Assembly: GCA_963769025.1 (NCBI GenBank)
Contig: CAVYKI010000006.1
Coordinates: forward strand, 32,001 to 96,000
DNA from: an uncultured Verrucomicrobiae bacterium
Lineage (GTDB): Bacteria; Verrucomicrobiota; Verrucomicrobiia; Chthoniobacterales; Chthoniobacteraceae
DNA length: 64,000 nucleotides
Reading direction: 5' to 3'
Both the position numbers and the translations under genes were made by a program. Positions 46,578 through 56,861 of this stretch are shown here, in pieces. The notes beneath the pieces were generated by a model that worked only from the letters and a program-made list of their open reading frames with translations, did not search any database and had not been told where the DNA came from. Position 1 is the first letter of the stretch, and the number at the start of each line of letters is the position of its first letter.

Positions 46578-46681
46578 GTGGGACACGAAGGAAAGCACGG
46601 GCGCACGCACGGGAACAAGCCTTGCCGCCTGAGCCCGCAAATCGAGTTGTCGGGGTGCGCTCTCCATGCTTTGGCATGTGC

Positions 46682-47176
46682 ATGGAAGCGGCCATCCTCA
46701 ACAGCCGAAAGTCATGTCCCCAATGCAGAGGGGACTTGAGGACTGTCGCATTGGGCTTGGTGATCGTTGAGAAGTGTCCCGTTTGCGATGGGATGTGGGT
46801 CGGTTACGAGTCCTTCGTTCGGATTTGCAAGGATTCCGCCAGTCGCAATGAGATGATGTCGGATCTGGCGCCTGCCGCATCCTCCCCCAACCGGGCGGAT
46901 CCAAATTGGCGTTACCGACCGTGTCCAATCTGTGGTGATTTGATGTCGCGGATAAACTTCGCTGATATTTCAGGAGTGATCGTTGATGTCTGTCCGCGGC
47001 ATGGGGTCTGGTGCGACCGGGACGAGATCCGGCAGATCGTCAAGTTTGTCGAATCAGACGGCTTTGAGCGGTCGCGAAAGTTTCGGAATGAAACGGAGAA
47101 GGAACGCGCGCGGAGCGACGTGCTATGTAGCGCACTTCGTGCGATCGCCACTCAATGGAGCTACCCCGGATGGTAG
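46682..47176 (+). CDS. Double Zn-ribbon (zf-TFIIB-like) protein
   Basis: CPQC..CPVCDGMW and CPIC..CPRHGVW. Confidence 0.8.
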   Translation: MEAAILNSRKSCPQCRGDLRTVALGLVIVEKCPVCDGMWVGYESFVRICKDSASRNEMMSDLAPAASSPNRADPNWRYRPCPICGDLMSRINFADISGVIVDVCPRHGVWCDRDEIRQIVKFVESDGFERSRKFRNETEKERARSDVLCSALRAIATQWSYPGW

Positions 47177-47185
47177 CCGCCGCTT

Positions 47186-47972
47186 TTACTCCGTAAAGTC
47201 GGTGTCCGGCTTCGTCAGGTCGAGTTCCTTGATCCACGCGTTGCGGTAGCGCACGTCGTGGCCTTCGCACTGGAGCTTCAGGCCGCCGGGCGTGTCGGTG
47301 ATTCCCTTGCCGCCGTCGTTGCCGCCGTCGATGCCGGACTTCGGGCCGCCCCAGACCTGGTTGATGGCCACGTTCGTGTGGACCTTGATGCCGTTGAAAT
47401 ACATCGAGACGAGCGGCTTCTCCACGAGCTTGCCGTCCTTGAAACGCGCGGCGCGGAACGTGATGTCGTAGGCGTTCCATTTTCCGGTGCCGGCGTAGGC
47501 GTGGTAGGGCGACTCGGTTTCGTTGATCACCGCGCCCATGCCGTGCTTCGTCTTGTCGCCGTCGAGCACCTGGATCTCGTAGCGGTTCTGCAGATACACG
47601 CCGCTGTTGCCGCGCGGCTTCGCGATCCAGAATTCGATGTGCAGCCGGAAGTCGCGATACTGCTTCTTCGTCACGATGTCCGCGGTGCCGAACTTCCCGC
47701 CGTCCGCGACGCGGTCGTCGGTCATCACGGTTGTGCCCTTGTCCTTGTCCACGGGATCCTCGACGATCTTCCACTTGATCGGCATCGCGGACTTGAAGCC
47801 GCGGCCCTTCCCAATAAATCCACTTCTCATCGAGCATCGCGCGCGAGCCATCGATGATCACTTCGGCGCCCTCCAGCGGCTTGGCGCCGACGCCGGTTTC
47901 AGCGAATGCGAGGGGCGCAAAAAGCGCGCCGGTGAGAATGACGGATGCGAGAGGGATGCGGGGGATGTTCAT
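47186..47972 (-). CDS. DUF1080 (3-keto-disaccharide hydrolase-like) secreted protein, indel near 47815
   Basis: DFRLHIEF, GNSGVYLQNRYEIQVLD, WNAYDITF, VRYRNAWIKEL. Confidence 0.85.
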
Positions 47973-48068
47973 GTGGGCGTAGTGGGAGTGCATCGGCTAG
48001 CGGGAGAGCGGAACAAAAGCGACTCCCATGTTTGCGGGTTCAAAACGGCGCATGAATCGCGGTGGGCG

Positions 48069-48611
48069 TCACTTGAAGTCCGCCCGCACTTCGGCAAAAT
48101 CGAAGTTGCCCACGGCAAAGAGGCTGCGGGCGAGCACTTCGATTTTCACACAGCCTGGCGGCAGTGTGAAGGTCCGGCGGAAGGTGTGCCAGTAGGGTGA
48201 GTTGCCAGAAGCAACCACGGCGGCGGAAATGTTCGCGCCTTTGGCGTCCTTGTAACGCAAGGCCACTTCCACCGCGGCGTTCTTCTCGGTCTTCAGGTTT
48301 TGCGGCTTGCCACGCATTCTTCCATAGACGTTGACCGAGACGGCCTTTGGGGGCACGGCGAGTTCCTGCGAGACGCCCGCGTTGGCCGGTTGCGCGCTGG
48401 AAAGGCGCAGGAAGGTTTCCTTGCCGTCGTTGAAAATCACACCGCCGGCGTTGGGATACGCCGGCTTCCAGCCCGCCGGGGGTTGGCCCACCGGCAGTAC
48501 ACTGAATTTTCCGTTGGGCAAGTCGTGCTCCGACGGTTTGGGATCGGCTGCGTGAGCCGGAGTGCATGTGAGGGCCGCAAGCGCTGAGAGGGCGAGGAAC
48601 GTGGTTTTCAT
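48069..48611 (-). CDS. Secreted hypothetical protein, possible carbohydrate-binding beta-sandwich
   Basis: Signal peptide MKTTFLALSAL; LPNGKF start and WHTFRRTFTLP typical of jelly-roll modules. Confidence 0.65.
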   Translation of the reverse strand: MKTTFLALSALAALTCTPAHAADPKPSEHDLPNGKFSVLPVGQPPAGWKPAYPNAGGVIFNDGKETFLRLSSAQPANAGVSQELAVPPKAVSVNVYGRMRGKPQNLKTEKNAAVEVALRYKDAKGANISAAVVASGNSPYWHTFRRTFTLPPGCVKIEVLARSLFAVGNFDFAEVRADFK

Positions 48612-48745
48612 GGAGGAAGAGGCTGGCGAAACAGCGTGCATGAAATGCCATACGGCGGTGACAATTTTGCAAACGAATTGTGACGGCAGGACGAGGCGGC
48701 GCGCAGGAGAATCGACAACCGCGCGCAGGTCGCCGACATTCCGCC

Positions 48746-49636
48746 ATGCCCAAACCGAGCACCGTGAGTGCGCCCGCCGAACTTCTTGCGTATCTCTTCG
48801 CCGCCTGGCCGCAGGAGAAGAAGAAGCAGATCCGCACGTGGCTGAAGTTCCAGGCGGTGACAGTGAACGGGCGGCCGGTGACGCAGTTCAATCATCCGCT
48901 GAAAAAGGGCGATGTGGTGGCGGTTCGCACGGACCGGTTTGCGGTGCCGAAGACGAAGCTCGGCGCGGGGATGAAGGTCTATTTCGAGGACGCGCACATC
49001 ATCGTGATCGACAAGCCATCCGGCCTGCTGAGCATCGCGAGCGAGGCGGAGCCGGAGAAGACGGCGTACTTTCAACTCACGGAATACCTGCGCCTCGGCA
49101 ATCCGCGCGCGAAGGAGCGCGTGTGGATCGTCCACCGGCTCGACCGCGAGACGTCGGGGCTGATGGTCTTTGCGAAGACGCCGCTGGCGAAGGAGACGCT
49201 GCAAGGCGGCTGGGATCGCGTGGAGAAAAACTACGAGGCGGTGGTGGAGGGGCGGCTGCCGCAGGAAGCGGGCACGTTCGAGTCGGACCTCAACGAGACG
49301 AATCCCTTCAAGGTCTTCAGCGCGCCGCCGAGCGAGCTCACGCGCCATGCGGTGACGCATTACCGCGTGCTGGCAAAAAGCGAGTGGCGTTCGCTCGTCG
49401 CGCTGACGCTGAAGACGGGACGCCGGCACCAGATCCGCGTGCATCTCGCCGACGCCGGCTGCCCGATCGTCGGCGACGAGAAATACCACGCGAAGTCCAA
49501 CCCGGCGAAGCGCCTTGGGTTGCACGCATGCGGCCTGCGCTTCCCGCATCCGGAGACGGGCAAGGAGATGAAATTCGAGTCGCCGCTGCCGAAGGATCTC
49601 GCGCGCCTGGTGCCGCTGGCGAAACCCGCGGGCTAG
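48746..49636 (+). CDS. RluA family pseudouridine synthase
   Basis: IDKPSGL, VHRLDRETSGL, TGRRHQIRVH, PIVGDEKY, LHA. Confidence 0.93.
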   Translation: MPKPSTVSAPAELLAYLFAAWPQEKKKQIRTWLKFQAVTVNGRPVTQFNHPLKKGDVVAVRTDRFAVPKTKLGAGMKVYFEDAHIIVIDKPSGLLSIASEAEPEKTAYFQLTEYLRLGNPRAKERVWIVHRLDRETSGLMVFAKTPLAKETLQGGWDRVEKNYEAVVEGRLPQEAGTFESDLNETNPFKVFSAPPSELTRHAVTHYRVLAKSEWRSLVALTLKTGRRHQIRVHLADAGCPIVGDEKYHAKSNPAKRLGLHACGLRFPHPETGKEMKFESPLPKDLARLVPLAKPAG

Positions 49637-49760
49637 ACCGTTGCGTGTCTCGCCGATTCCGGGATGAGGCAGCGTCGGCTGGAGTTCGGCCGCCTGTTTC
49701 CCTCCGCGTCTCTGCGTCTCCGCGTTTCAAAAAATGGAGCCGCGAGGCTCCCACGGGAGC

Positions 49761-52323
49761 CTATTTCGCCTTCGTCTTCGCGGCCCGTTTTGCCGGTTTC
49801 GCGGGTTTCTCCGCCTTGTCCTTCGCCGTCGGCGCTGCGGCCCCGTCCTTCGCCGGAGCCTTCGGCTCGCGCGCGGCGAATTCGAAGCCGACCTTGCCGT
49901 CCTCCTTCAGCACGAGAAACGCCTTGAACGAACGACCAGTGCGCGCGCTGACGAAGCCCGTGAGCAGCGCGGTCTTTCCGTCCTTCATCAGCGCCGCGAT
50001 GTCCGAGCGCGTGAGATTTTTGCGGAGGATCGTCTTTCCGATCCGCACCTTGCATAGGTTCGTGGCGCGCTGGTCGCACTGGAAGACCTCCGCGGCCTCG
50101 AAGATCTGTCCGGTCGCGCACATGCGGCACTTGCAGACGGGCTCCGGGTTCACCCACTCGGGCTGCGTGCCGTCGCCTTCGTCTTCCTTCTTAAAGTCGA
50201 AAGTCACCTTCCATTCCTCGCGGTCGAGCTTCAGCGGGGCGGAAAATGCGCGGCCAAATTTGCTGCGAAAGCCCTCGAGCGGGCCGACCTGACCTTCCGT
50301 GAGGAGCTTCGTGACTTCGCTGCGTTCGAGTTCGCGGCTCGCGACGGTTTTCCACACGGTGAGGCCGCAGCCTGGGCACGTGTAACTCTTGAAGCTCTCG
50401 GCAAACGGCGTCGCGGCGCACTTCGGGCACACGACTTCGAGCGGTTCAAAATTTCCCTGAATCTCGCCGCCCTGGTGGTTCTTCACCTTGTTCACGATGT
50501 CCGTCGTGAGGCGCGCGGATTTCGTCCATGAACTCGACGCGCGAGAGTTTGCCGCGCTCCATCTGCTTGAGCTTGAATTCCCACTCGCCGGTCAGTCGCC
50601 GGCTGCGTGAGGCTCTCGGCGTCGAGATTGCGCAGCAGGGTGATCAGCGAGAGCCCTTTTGCGTGACGATCAGTTCGCGCCCCTCGCGGATGAGGTAGCC
50701 CTCGTAAATCAGCCCTTCGATGATCTGCGCGCGCGTCGCCGGCGTGCCGAGGCCGCGCTCGGCCATCGCCTCGCGGAGTTCCTCGTCGTCGACGAGTTTG
50801 CCCGCGCCTTCCATCGCGGAAAGCAGCGTGCCTTCGTTGTAGCGCGCGGGCGGCTTGGTGAGGCTTTCCTTCACCTCGATGGCCTCGGTCTGCGCCTGCT
50901 CGCCGGGCTGCGACGGGGACGACGGCCTTCTCGCTGTCCGTCGCCCTCGGCCTCGCGGCCGTAGACGGCCAGCCAGCCGGGATCGATGATGATCTTCCCG
51001 TCGTCTTGAACGTCTCGCCCTCGACCGTGGTGATGCGCGTCGTGCACCTCGAACTGCGCCGCGGGATAAAACACCGCGATGAAGCGCCGCGCGACGAGGT
51101 CGTAAGATCTTCTGCTCCGTTCTCGCTCGAGCCCTGCGGCACCGTGCCCGTCGGCACGATGGCAAAGTGATCGCTGACCTTCGCGTTGTTGAAGATGCGC
51201 TTGTTCGGCTGCACCCAGCCGCTCGCGCAGCGCCTTCTTCGCGTGCTCGGCGAGCGAGCGATCCTCGAAAGCTGCCCATCACGTTCTTCGCCGTCGCGAG
51301 GTGATCCTCCGGCAGGTAGCGCGAATCGGTTCGCGGATAGGTGAGCGCCTTGTGCTTTTCGTAGAGCGCCTGCGCGATTTGCAGCGTCATCTCGCGCGGG
51401 AAATCCGAAGCGTCCGTTCGCTTCGCGCTGCAGCGTGGTGAGGTCGTAGAGCAGCGGCGGAACTCTGCGTCGTCGGCTTCTTCTCCTCCTCGATCGTGCC
51501 CGGCTTGCCCGTCGCACTTCGCGACGATGCGCGTCGGCCTGCGCCTTGTCCCAGATGCGCTCGGCTTCGCGCTGTCTTCCTCGGCCGCCTTTCTTGAAAT
51601 GCTGCGTCGAACCAGCGTCCGCGATAGCTGCCCGGCGGCGACGCCGAAATCGCCGAACACCTCAAAATAGGCGCGCGGCTGGAAGGCGCGGATCTTCTCC
51701 TCGCGCTCGACGAGGATGGCGAGCGTCGGCGTCTGCACGCGGCCGGCGGTGGTCTTCTGGAAGCCGCCGCCGTGCGAGTTGAAGGCGGTCAGCGCGCGCG
51801 TGGAATTGATGCCCACGAGCCAGTCCGCCTCGCTGCGCGAGATCGCGGCGTCCGCGAGCGGCTGCATCTCCTCGTCGCTGCGCAGGTGCGCGAAGGCCGT
51901 GCGGATCGCATCCGGCGTCATCGATTGCAGCCAGAGCCGTTTGATCGGCTGCTTCGCGGCCGTCGCGCGGATGATGTTGCGGAAAATCAGCTCGCCTTCG
52001 CGGCCCGGCGTCGCAGGCGTTGATGATTTCGCCGACGTCCTTGCGCTTGATGCAGGCGCTTGAGCACCGCGAGGCGGCTCGCGTTCTTCTCGATGGGCTT
52101 CAGGTCGAAGTACTCCGGCAGGCTGCGGGAGGTTTTCGATCTTCCACTTTCCGCGCGCCTCGCTGCCCTCCGGCGCGGCGATCTCGAGCAGATGGCCGAC
52201 CGCGCAGGAGATCACATACTTGTCGTTCTCGTAGAACTCATCGCCGCGTCCCGGCTTCATCCCGAGCACCCTCGCAAGGTCTTGTGCGACGCTGGGCTTC
52301 TCGGCGAGGACAAGTGTTTTCAT
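49761..52323 (-). CDS. topB: DNA topoisomerase III (type IA), many indels
   Basis: LAEKPSVA, REGELIF, RLWLQSMT, GRVQTPTL, LTYPRTDS, GLGTPATRA; C-terminal GFxS..GR.F repeats. Confidence 0.9.
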
Positions 52324-52520
52324 AGGAAGGTCTGGCTGGCGGGGCGTGGGGAGTTAGGCGGTCAGCGGTGATCGCGCAACTGGAAAAATTTCACCCATCT
52401 CAATTCTCGCGAGCAAAATTTGGCGGATGAACGCGGCTTGAAACTGCGAATGCGATGTTTCCGAAATGCTCCTTGCCGGGCGCGGTGCGGGAACTGATAT
52501 TCCGCGCTCCTTTTTCCAAA

Positions 52521-53615
52521 ATGTTGCAACCACCTCTTCATGATCGCGGCGTCATCGCCCGCTGGCGGGAGTTCCTGCCGGTGAGTGCGGCGACCCCCGT
52601 CATCTCCCTGAACGAGGGCTCGACTCCGCTGATCCATTCGCCGCGGCTGAGCGCCATCGTGGGGCGGGGGAGCGAAGTGTATGTAAAGTACGAGGGACTG
52701 AACCCGACGGGGTCGTTCAAGGATCGCGGAATGACGATGGCGATCTCGAAGGCCGTTGAGTCCGGCGCAAAGGCGGTGATTTGCGCCAGCACGGGCAACA
52801 CTTCCGCTGCGGCTGCGGCGTACGCAGCGCGTGCGGGCATCACGAGCATCGTGCTGCTGCCGGCGGGGAAAATCGCGCTGGGCAAGCTGGCGCAGGCGTT
52901 CATGTACGGTTCGAAGGTCGTGGCCATCGAGGGAAACTTTGACGATGCGCTGCGGCTCGTGCGCGAGATCGGCGAGACGGAACCGATCGCGATCGTGAAT
53001 TCCATCAACCCGTTCCGGCTCGAAGGGCAGAAGACGGCGGCGTTCGAGATCATCGAGACGCTCGGCGATGCGCCGGATCTGCACATGATCCCCGTGGGGA
53101 ATGCGGGCAACATCTCGGCGTACTGGATGGGCTACCAGGAGTTCAAGGCCGCCGGCCGCTCGAAGAAGCTGCCCGTGATGACCGGCTTCCAGGCCGCGGG
53201 CTCCGCGCCGATTTTCCACAACAAGGTGATCGACAACCCGGAGACCGTCGCGACGGCGATCCGCATCGGCAATCCCGCGAGCTGGGACAAGGCCACGGCG
53301 GCGATGCGCGACTCCGGCGGAGCGGTGGACATCGTGACCGACGCCGAGATCCTTGAGGCGCAGTTCTGGCTTGCGAAAAACGAAGGCATTTTCGTCGAGC
53401 CAGCGAGCGCGGCGAGCATCGCGGGGCTGATGAAGTGCGCGGGCAAGGAGCGGTGCTCCGCGTGCCCGCTGCCGCGCATCCCCGAGGGCGCAAAGATCGT
53501 CTGCACCGTCACCGGCCACGGCCTGAAGGATCCGGACGTCGCGCGGGATCGCATTTCGGGCATCGTCACGGCGAGCGCGGACAAACGCGCCATCCTGGAC
53601 CTCCTCGGCAGCTAG
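52521..53615 (+). CDS. thrC: Threonine synthase
   Basis: [49 protein letters not shown]. Confidence 0.93.
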   Translation: MLQPPLHDRGVIARWREFLPVSAATPVISLNEGSTPLIHSPRLSAIVGRGSEVYVKYEGLNPTGSFKDRGMTMAISKAVESGAKAVICASTGNTSAAAAAYAARAGITSIVLLPAGKIALGKLAQAFMYGSKVVAIEGNFDDALRLVREIGETEPIAIVNSINPFRLEGQKTAAFEIIETLGDAPDLHMIPVGNAGNISAYWMGYQEFKAAGRSKKLPVMTGFQAAGSAPIFHNKVIDNPETVATAIRIGNPASWDKATAAMRDSGGAVDIVTDAEILEAQFWLAKNEGIFVEPASAASIAGLMKCAGKERCSACPLPRIPEGAKIVCTVTGHGLKDPDVARDRISGIVTASADKRAILDLLGS

Positions 53616-53634
53616 CCTTTCCCCTTTTTCAATA

Positions 53635-55416
53635 ATGAGCACCTACAACTGGATCGAATCAACGGCGTGGCAACTTCAGTTCTTCGGCCTTCCGAACCGT
53701 GTTCCGTGGCCGGCGGACGCGCAGAAGCCTGACGACCAAAAGGGCGAATTCGACATGCCGACGCTCCTGCGCGGCGTGGAGACGTGCGTGAGCAGCGAGC
53801 CGACGGTCATCGGGCCGTGGCGCGGATTCCTCGCGGCGTCGGAGCATTTTCAGGAAATGACGGAGGCGCTGGAGGATCAGGAATACGCGCGTGCGTCGGA
53901 GCTGCTCACGGCGATCGACAAGGAGCATCCGGGTTCGGCATACGGGCTGTTCCATCAGGCATACGTCCACCGGCAGAGCGGCAATGACCAGGAGGCCGTG
54001 CGCCTCTACGCGGATGCGTCGCAGAAGGCGCCTGGCGTGCCTTTCATCTGGAACAATCTCGGCGCGATGCTCGCGGAAAATGGCCAGCGCGACCAGGCTG
54101 TGCAGGCGTTCAAGAACGCGGTGAACATCAACCAGAGCGACGCCGTCGCCCTCGAATCGCTCGTGCAGCTCAAGGCCGCGGTGAAGCTGCTCCGCGACCA
54201 GAAGGATCCGAACTCTGCGGTTTACGTGCCTGTCGAGCAGTTCCGCGAAATGGCCGCCGGGCAAATCGATCAGCTCGCCGCGAACCCCGACCAGCTCGTC
54301 GCATTCGGCGAGCAGATGCTCCGCGACGGCGTCATTCCCGATGTCGGTGTGAAGGCGCTGGAAAAGGCGGACTCGGTGAAACCGAACGACCCGCGGATCC
54401 TCGCCGCACTCGGCGCGGGCTACCGGCTCACCGGGGCCTTCGACAAGTCGAAGGCCGCATTCGAAAAGTTCACCGCCGCGCGTCCGGACGATGCGTGGGG
54501 CTTCTTCAACATCGCGCAGACGTGCAACGCCTCCGGCGACAAGGCGGGCGAACGCGCCGCGCTCGAAAAGACGCTCGAACTCGACCCGAACATCCAGGCT
54601 GCGCTGGGCATTTACTTCGATCTGCAGTCAGACCACGGCCCCGGGAAGGAGAAGGCGCTCGTCGAATTTGCCGAGAAGCGCGGCGCGTGGATGCCTCTGC
54701 TCCTCGCGAGCAGTGTCGCACGCCAGCGGGACGACATCCCGGCGGCGGTCGCGCACGTCGCGAAGGCCTTCGAGCGCAACCCGAACTCCGAGGAGGTCCT
54801 GCTCCAATATTCCGCGATGCTCGGCGACGCCGGCGACGCGGCCACGCTCGATTTCGCGATCCTGCCAGCAGTTTCTGGCGGGCGCTTTTCGAAGCGGCTC
54901 GACTGGAATTACGCGCAGTCACTCAAGCAGGTCGGCAAGACCCAGCAGGCCATCGAGGCGCTGCGCCGGGCGCAACTCGGCGACGCGCCGGATGACTTCA
55001 AGGCCGCCGCCGCCACCGCGATCGAATTTTGGACCGGTCTCCGCGCGCAGTCCGGCGAGATGCTCGAGGTGCACCGAGGCGGATCGCTGCTGCGCCCCAT
55101 TCTTCTCTCGCTGGAAGACGGCGAAGGCGGCGTGCTCATCCACCCGCGCGCGCCGCTGCCCGCGCACCACAAGTTCCCGTGGCGCGCCCGCGAAAACGGC
55201 GGCACCGAGGCGCGCGTCCGCCTCCAGCAGGGACAGGCCGGCCTCGGCGCCACGCCCAAGCCGCTCGGCGTCTTCGTGGTGAAAAATGTCACGCCCGCCG
55301 CGGACGGGCCGACAAACATCGACTGCCGCGTCGAAGCGACGCCCGACGGCCGCCTGCTCTTCAGCGCCGGCCAGGACGGCCGCATGCTGCCTGTCGAGTG
55401 GGCCGGACTCGCGTAA
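53635..55416 (+). CDS. TPR repeat protein with C-terminal Hsp70 substrate-binding-domain-like module
   Basis: Multiple TPRs (WNNLGAML, LAALGAGY, FFNIAQ); C-terminus aligns by eye with the DnaK beta substrate-binding domain. Confidence 0.8.
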   Translation: MSTYNWIESTAWQLQFFGLPNRVPWPADAQKPDDQKGEFDMPTLLRGVETCVSSEPTVIGPWRGFLAASEHFQEMTEALEDQEYARASELLTAIDKEHPGSAYGLFHQAYVHRQSGNDQEAVRLYADASQKAPGVPFIWNNLGAMLAENGQRDQAVQAFKNAVNINQSDAVALESLVQLKAAVKLLRDQKDPNSAVYVPVEQFREMAAGQIDQLAANPDQLVAFGEQMLRDGVIPDVGVKALEKADSVKPNDPRILAALGAGYRLTGAFDKSKAAFEKFTAARPDDAWGFFNIAQTCNASGDKAGERAALEKTLELDPNIQAALGIYFDLQSDHGPGKEKALVEFAEKRGAWMPLLLASSVARQRDDIPAAVAHVAKAFERNPNSEEVLLQYSAMLGDAGDAATLDFAILPAVSGGRFSKRLDWNYAQSLKQVGKTQQAIEALRRAQLGDAPDDFKAAAATAIEFWTGLRAQSGEMLEVHRGGSLLRPILLSLEDGEGGVLIHPRAPLPAHHKFPWRARENGGTEARVRLQQGQAGLGATPKPLGVFVVKNVTPAADGPTNIDCRVEATPDGRLLFSAGQDGRMLPVEWAGLA

Positions 55417-55489
55417 GCCGGGTGTCCGCGAATTGACCGGCAGCGCCGGGGCTTTGCGGCCTTTTCCTACGCCGCGGAACGCAATGCAT

Positions 55490-55744
55490 TCACTCCGGCT
55501 CCAACGCCCGGAGCGCGTGGCAGGCGGCAGTGCAAATCTGCGGATTCGCAAGTTCGGCGATTGCCGTGATGAGCGCGCTGTCCTCGCCTGCCGCCCTCAT
55601 CTCCGTGAGCATCTGGTCAAACGCGATGCGTCGGACGGAGTCCGGGCACTGCTCCAGGCGAAACAGCCATTCGCGCAGGTGCGCGTGATCCCGGATGGCG
55701 TGGACCAGCGTGACCACTTCCTCGGAGATTTGCCCGTCGTCCAT
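55490..55744 (-). CDS. Small helical hypothetical protein
   Basis: 84-aa ORF starting 9 nt after the upstream gene's stop, same strand. Confidence 0.6.
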   Translation of the reverse strand: MDDGQISEEVVTLVHAIRDHAHLREWLFRLEQCPDSVRRIAFDQMLTEMRAAGEDSALITAIAELANPQICTAACHALRALEPE

Positions 55745-55753
55745 TTGCCGGAG

Positions 55754-56056
55754 TCAGTTGAAGGTGCTCAGCTCCAGCTCGGCTTCCTGTTCCTCGGCGA
55801 TTTCCTCCAGCGGGGCGAAGCGTTCTGACTTGAAGGCGAGCTCCTCGCTGCCTTTGTGCGTGGGGTCGGGCGGATTGACGAGTTCCTCAAGCAGGAGCGC
55901 GATGGTCGCGGAGTCGGAGCCTCGCATGGTCTCGCGGCGCAGGCACACGTCGCGGATGGTGTAGGTGCGGCCTTTCACCGGGAGCTGGTTGAAGAATTCG
56001 ACGACCCACTTTGGAAAGCGATCGTCCACGCAAACTACGCGCTGGCCTTTGATCAT
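55754..56056 (-). CDS. Hypothetical protein (GQRVVCVDD...YTIRDV...LEELVNP...RFAPL)
   Basis: 100-aa ORF with globular composition and typical codon usage. Confidence 0.7.
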   Translation of the reverse strand: MIKGQRVVCVDDRFPKWVVEFFNQLPVKGRTYTIRDVCLRRETMRGSDSATIALLLEELVNPPDPTHKGSEELAFKSERFAPLEEIAEEQEAELELSTFN

Positions 56057-56167
56057 GAGTTGAGGGTTTGAAAGTTGAGAGTGTGAGCGGCGGGGGCGAC
56101 GGCACGTTACGCGCGCCGCGCCGCGCATACCAACTCCCAACTTTCACTTTGAAACCTCAACTTTCCG

Positions 56168-56196
56168 TTGACCCGGTGGCACGACGCCCGTAACAA
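56168..56196 (+). promoter_or_regulatory. Candidate sigma70 promoter
   Basis: TTGACC-17 nt-TAACAA upstream of the small basic ORF. Confidence 0.45.
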
Positions 56197-56233
56197 CGCG
56201 CCCTCACTTTTCTCACCACACCTTTCACCGAAC

Positions 56234-56383
56234 ATGGGCAAGCAATACAACAAAGTCGAAAAGAAGCGCCGCCGTCTCAATTACCTCGTGCGCCGCAAGG
56301 CGAAGGCGGCAGCCGCAGGCAAGGGTGGCGTGAAGGTTCGCGCGAAGCGCCCTGCCAAGAAGAAGGCCGCAGCCGCGGCGTAG
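56234..56383 (+). CDS. 49-aa highly basic protein
   Basis: MGKQYNKVEKKRRRLNYLVRRKAK...KKKAAAAA; own candidate promoter. Confidence 0.7.
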   Translation: MGKQYNKVEKKRRRLNYLVRRKAKAAAAGKGGVKVRAKRPAKKKAAAAA

Positions 56384-56425
56384 GTCTCCCGGCGGATCGG
56401 GCTGCTGTCCGGATGAGGGCAAGCC

Positions 56426-56856
56426 ATGCGCTATCTCCTCGTCGATGCGCACAGCGTCATTTTTTCGTGGCCGGAGCTCCACGAACTGCACGGCGCAATC
56501 GGCTCGTCGCGCGTGAGGAACTGACGCGGAGGCTCACGGCGTATCAGGACGCGACGGGTGTGCGCGTCGTGGTGGTGTTCGACGGGAAAGGGGCGCGCGC
56601 GAATTCGGAGAAGATGCCGGGTGGCATCCAGGTGTTCTATTCCGGCGGAAAGGACTCGGCGGATTCCATCATCGAGCGGCTCGCGGCGAAGTATGCGGGC
56701 GAGCACGAAATCACCGTGGCGACGAATGACCATCTCGAGCAGCAGACGGTGATCACGTTTGGCGGGCTCGCCATTTCCGTGGAGGCGTTGCGCAAGGAAC
56801 TCGAATCGGCGGACCGGGATGTGACGCGGGAGATCCGCCGGCTGCGGAAACGCTGA
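56426..56856 (+). CDS. NYN domain ribonuclease, YacP/Rae1-like (indel near 56495)
   Basis: MRYLLVDAHSVI start in an adjacent frame; VVVFDG, SADSIIERL, VATND. Confidence 0.85.
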
Positions 56857-56861
56857 GGCGT

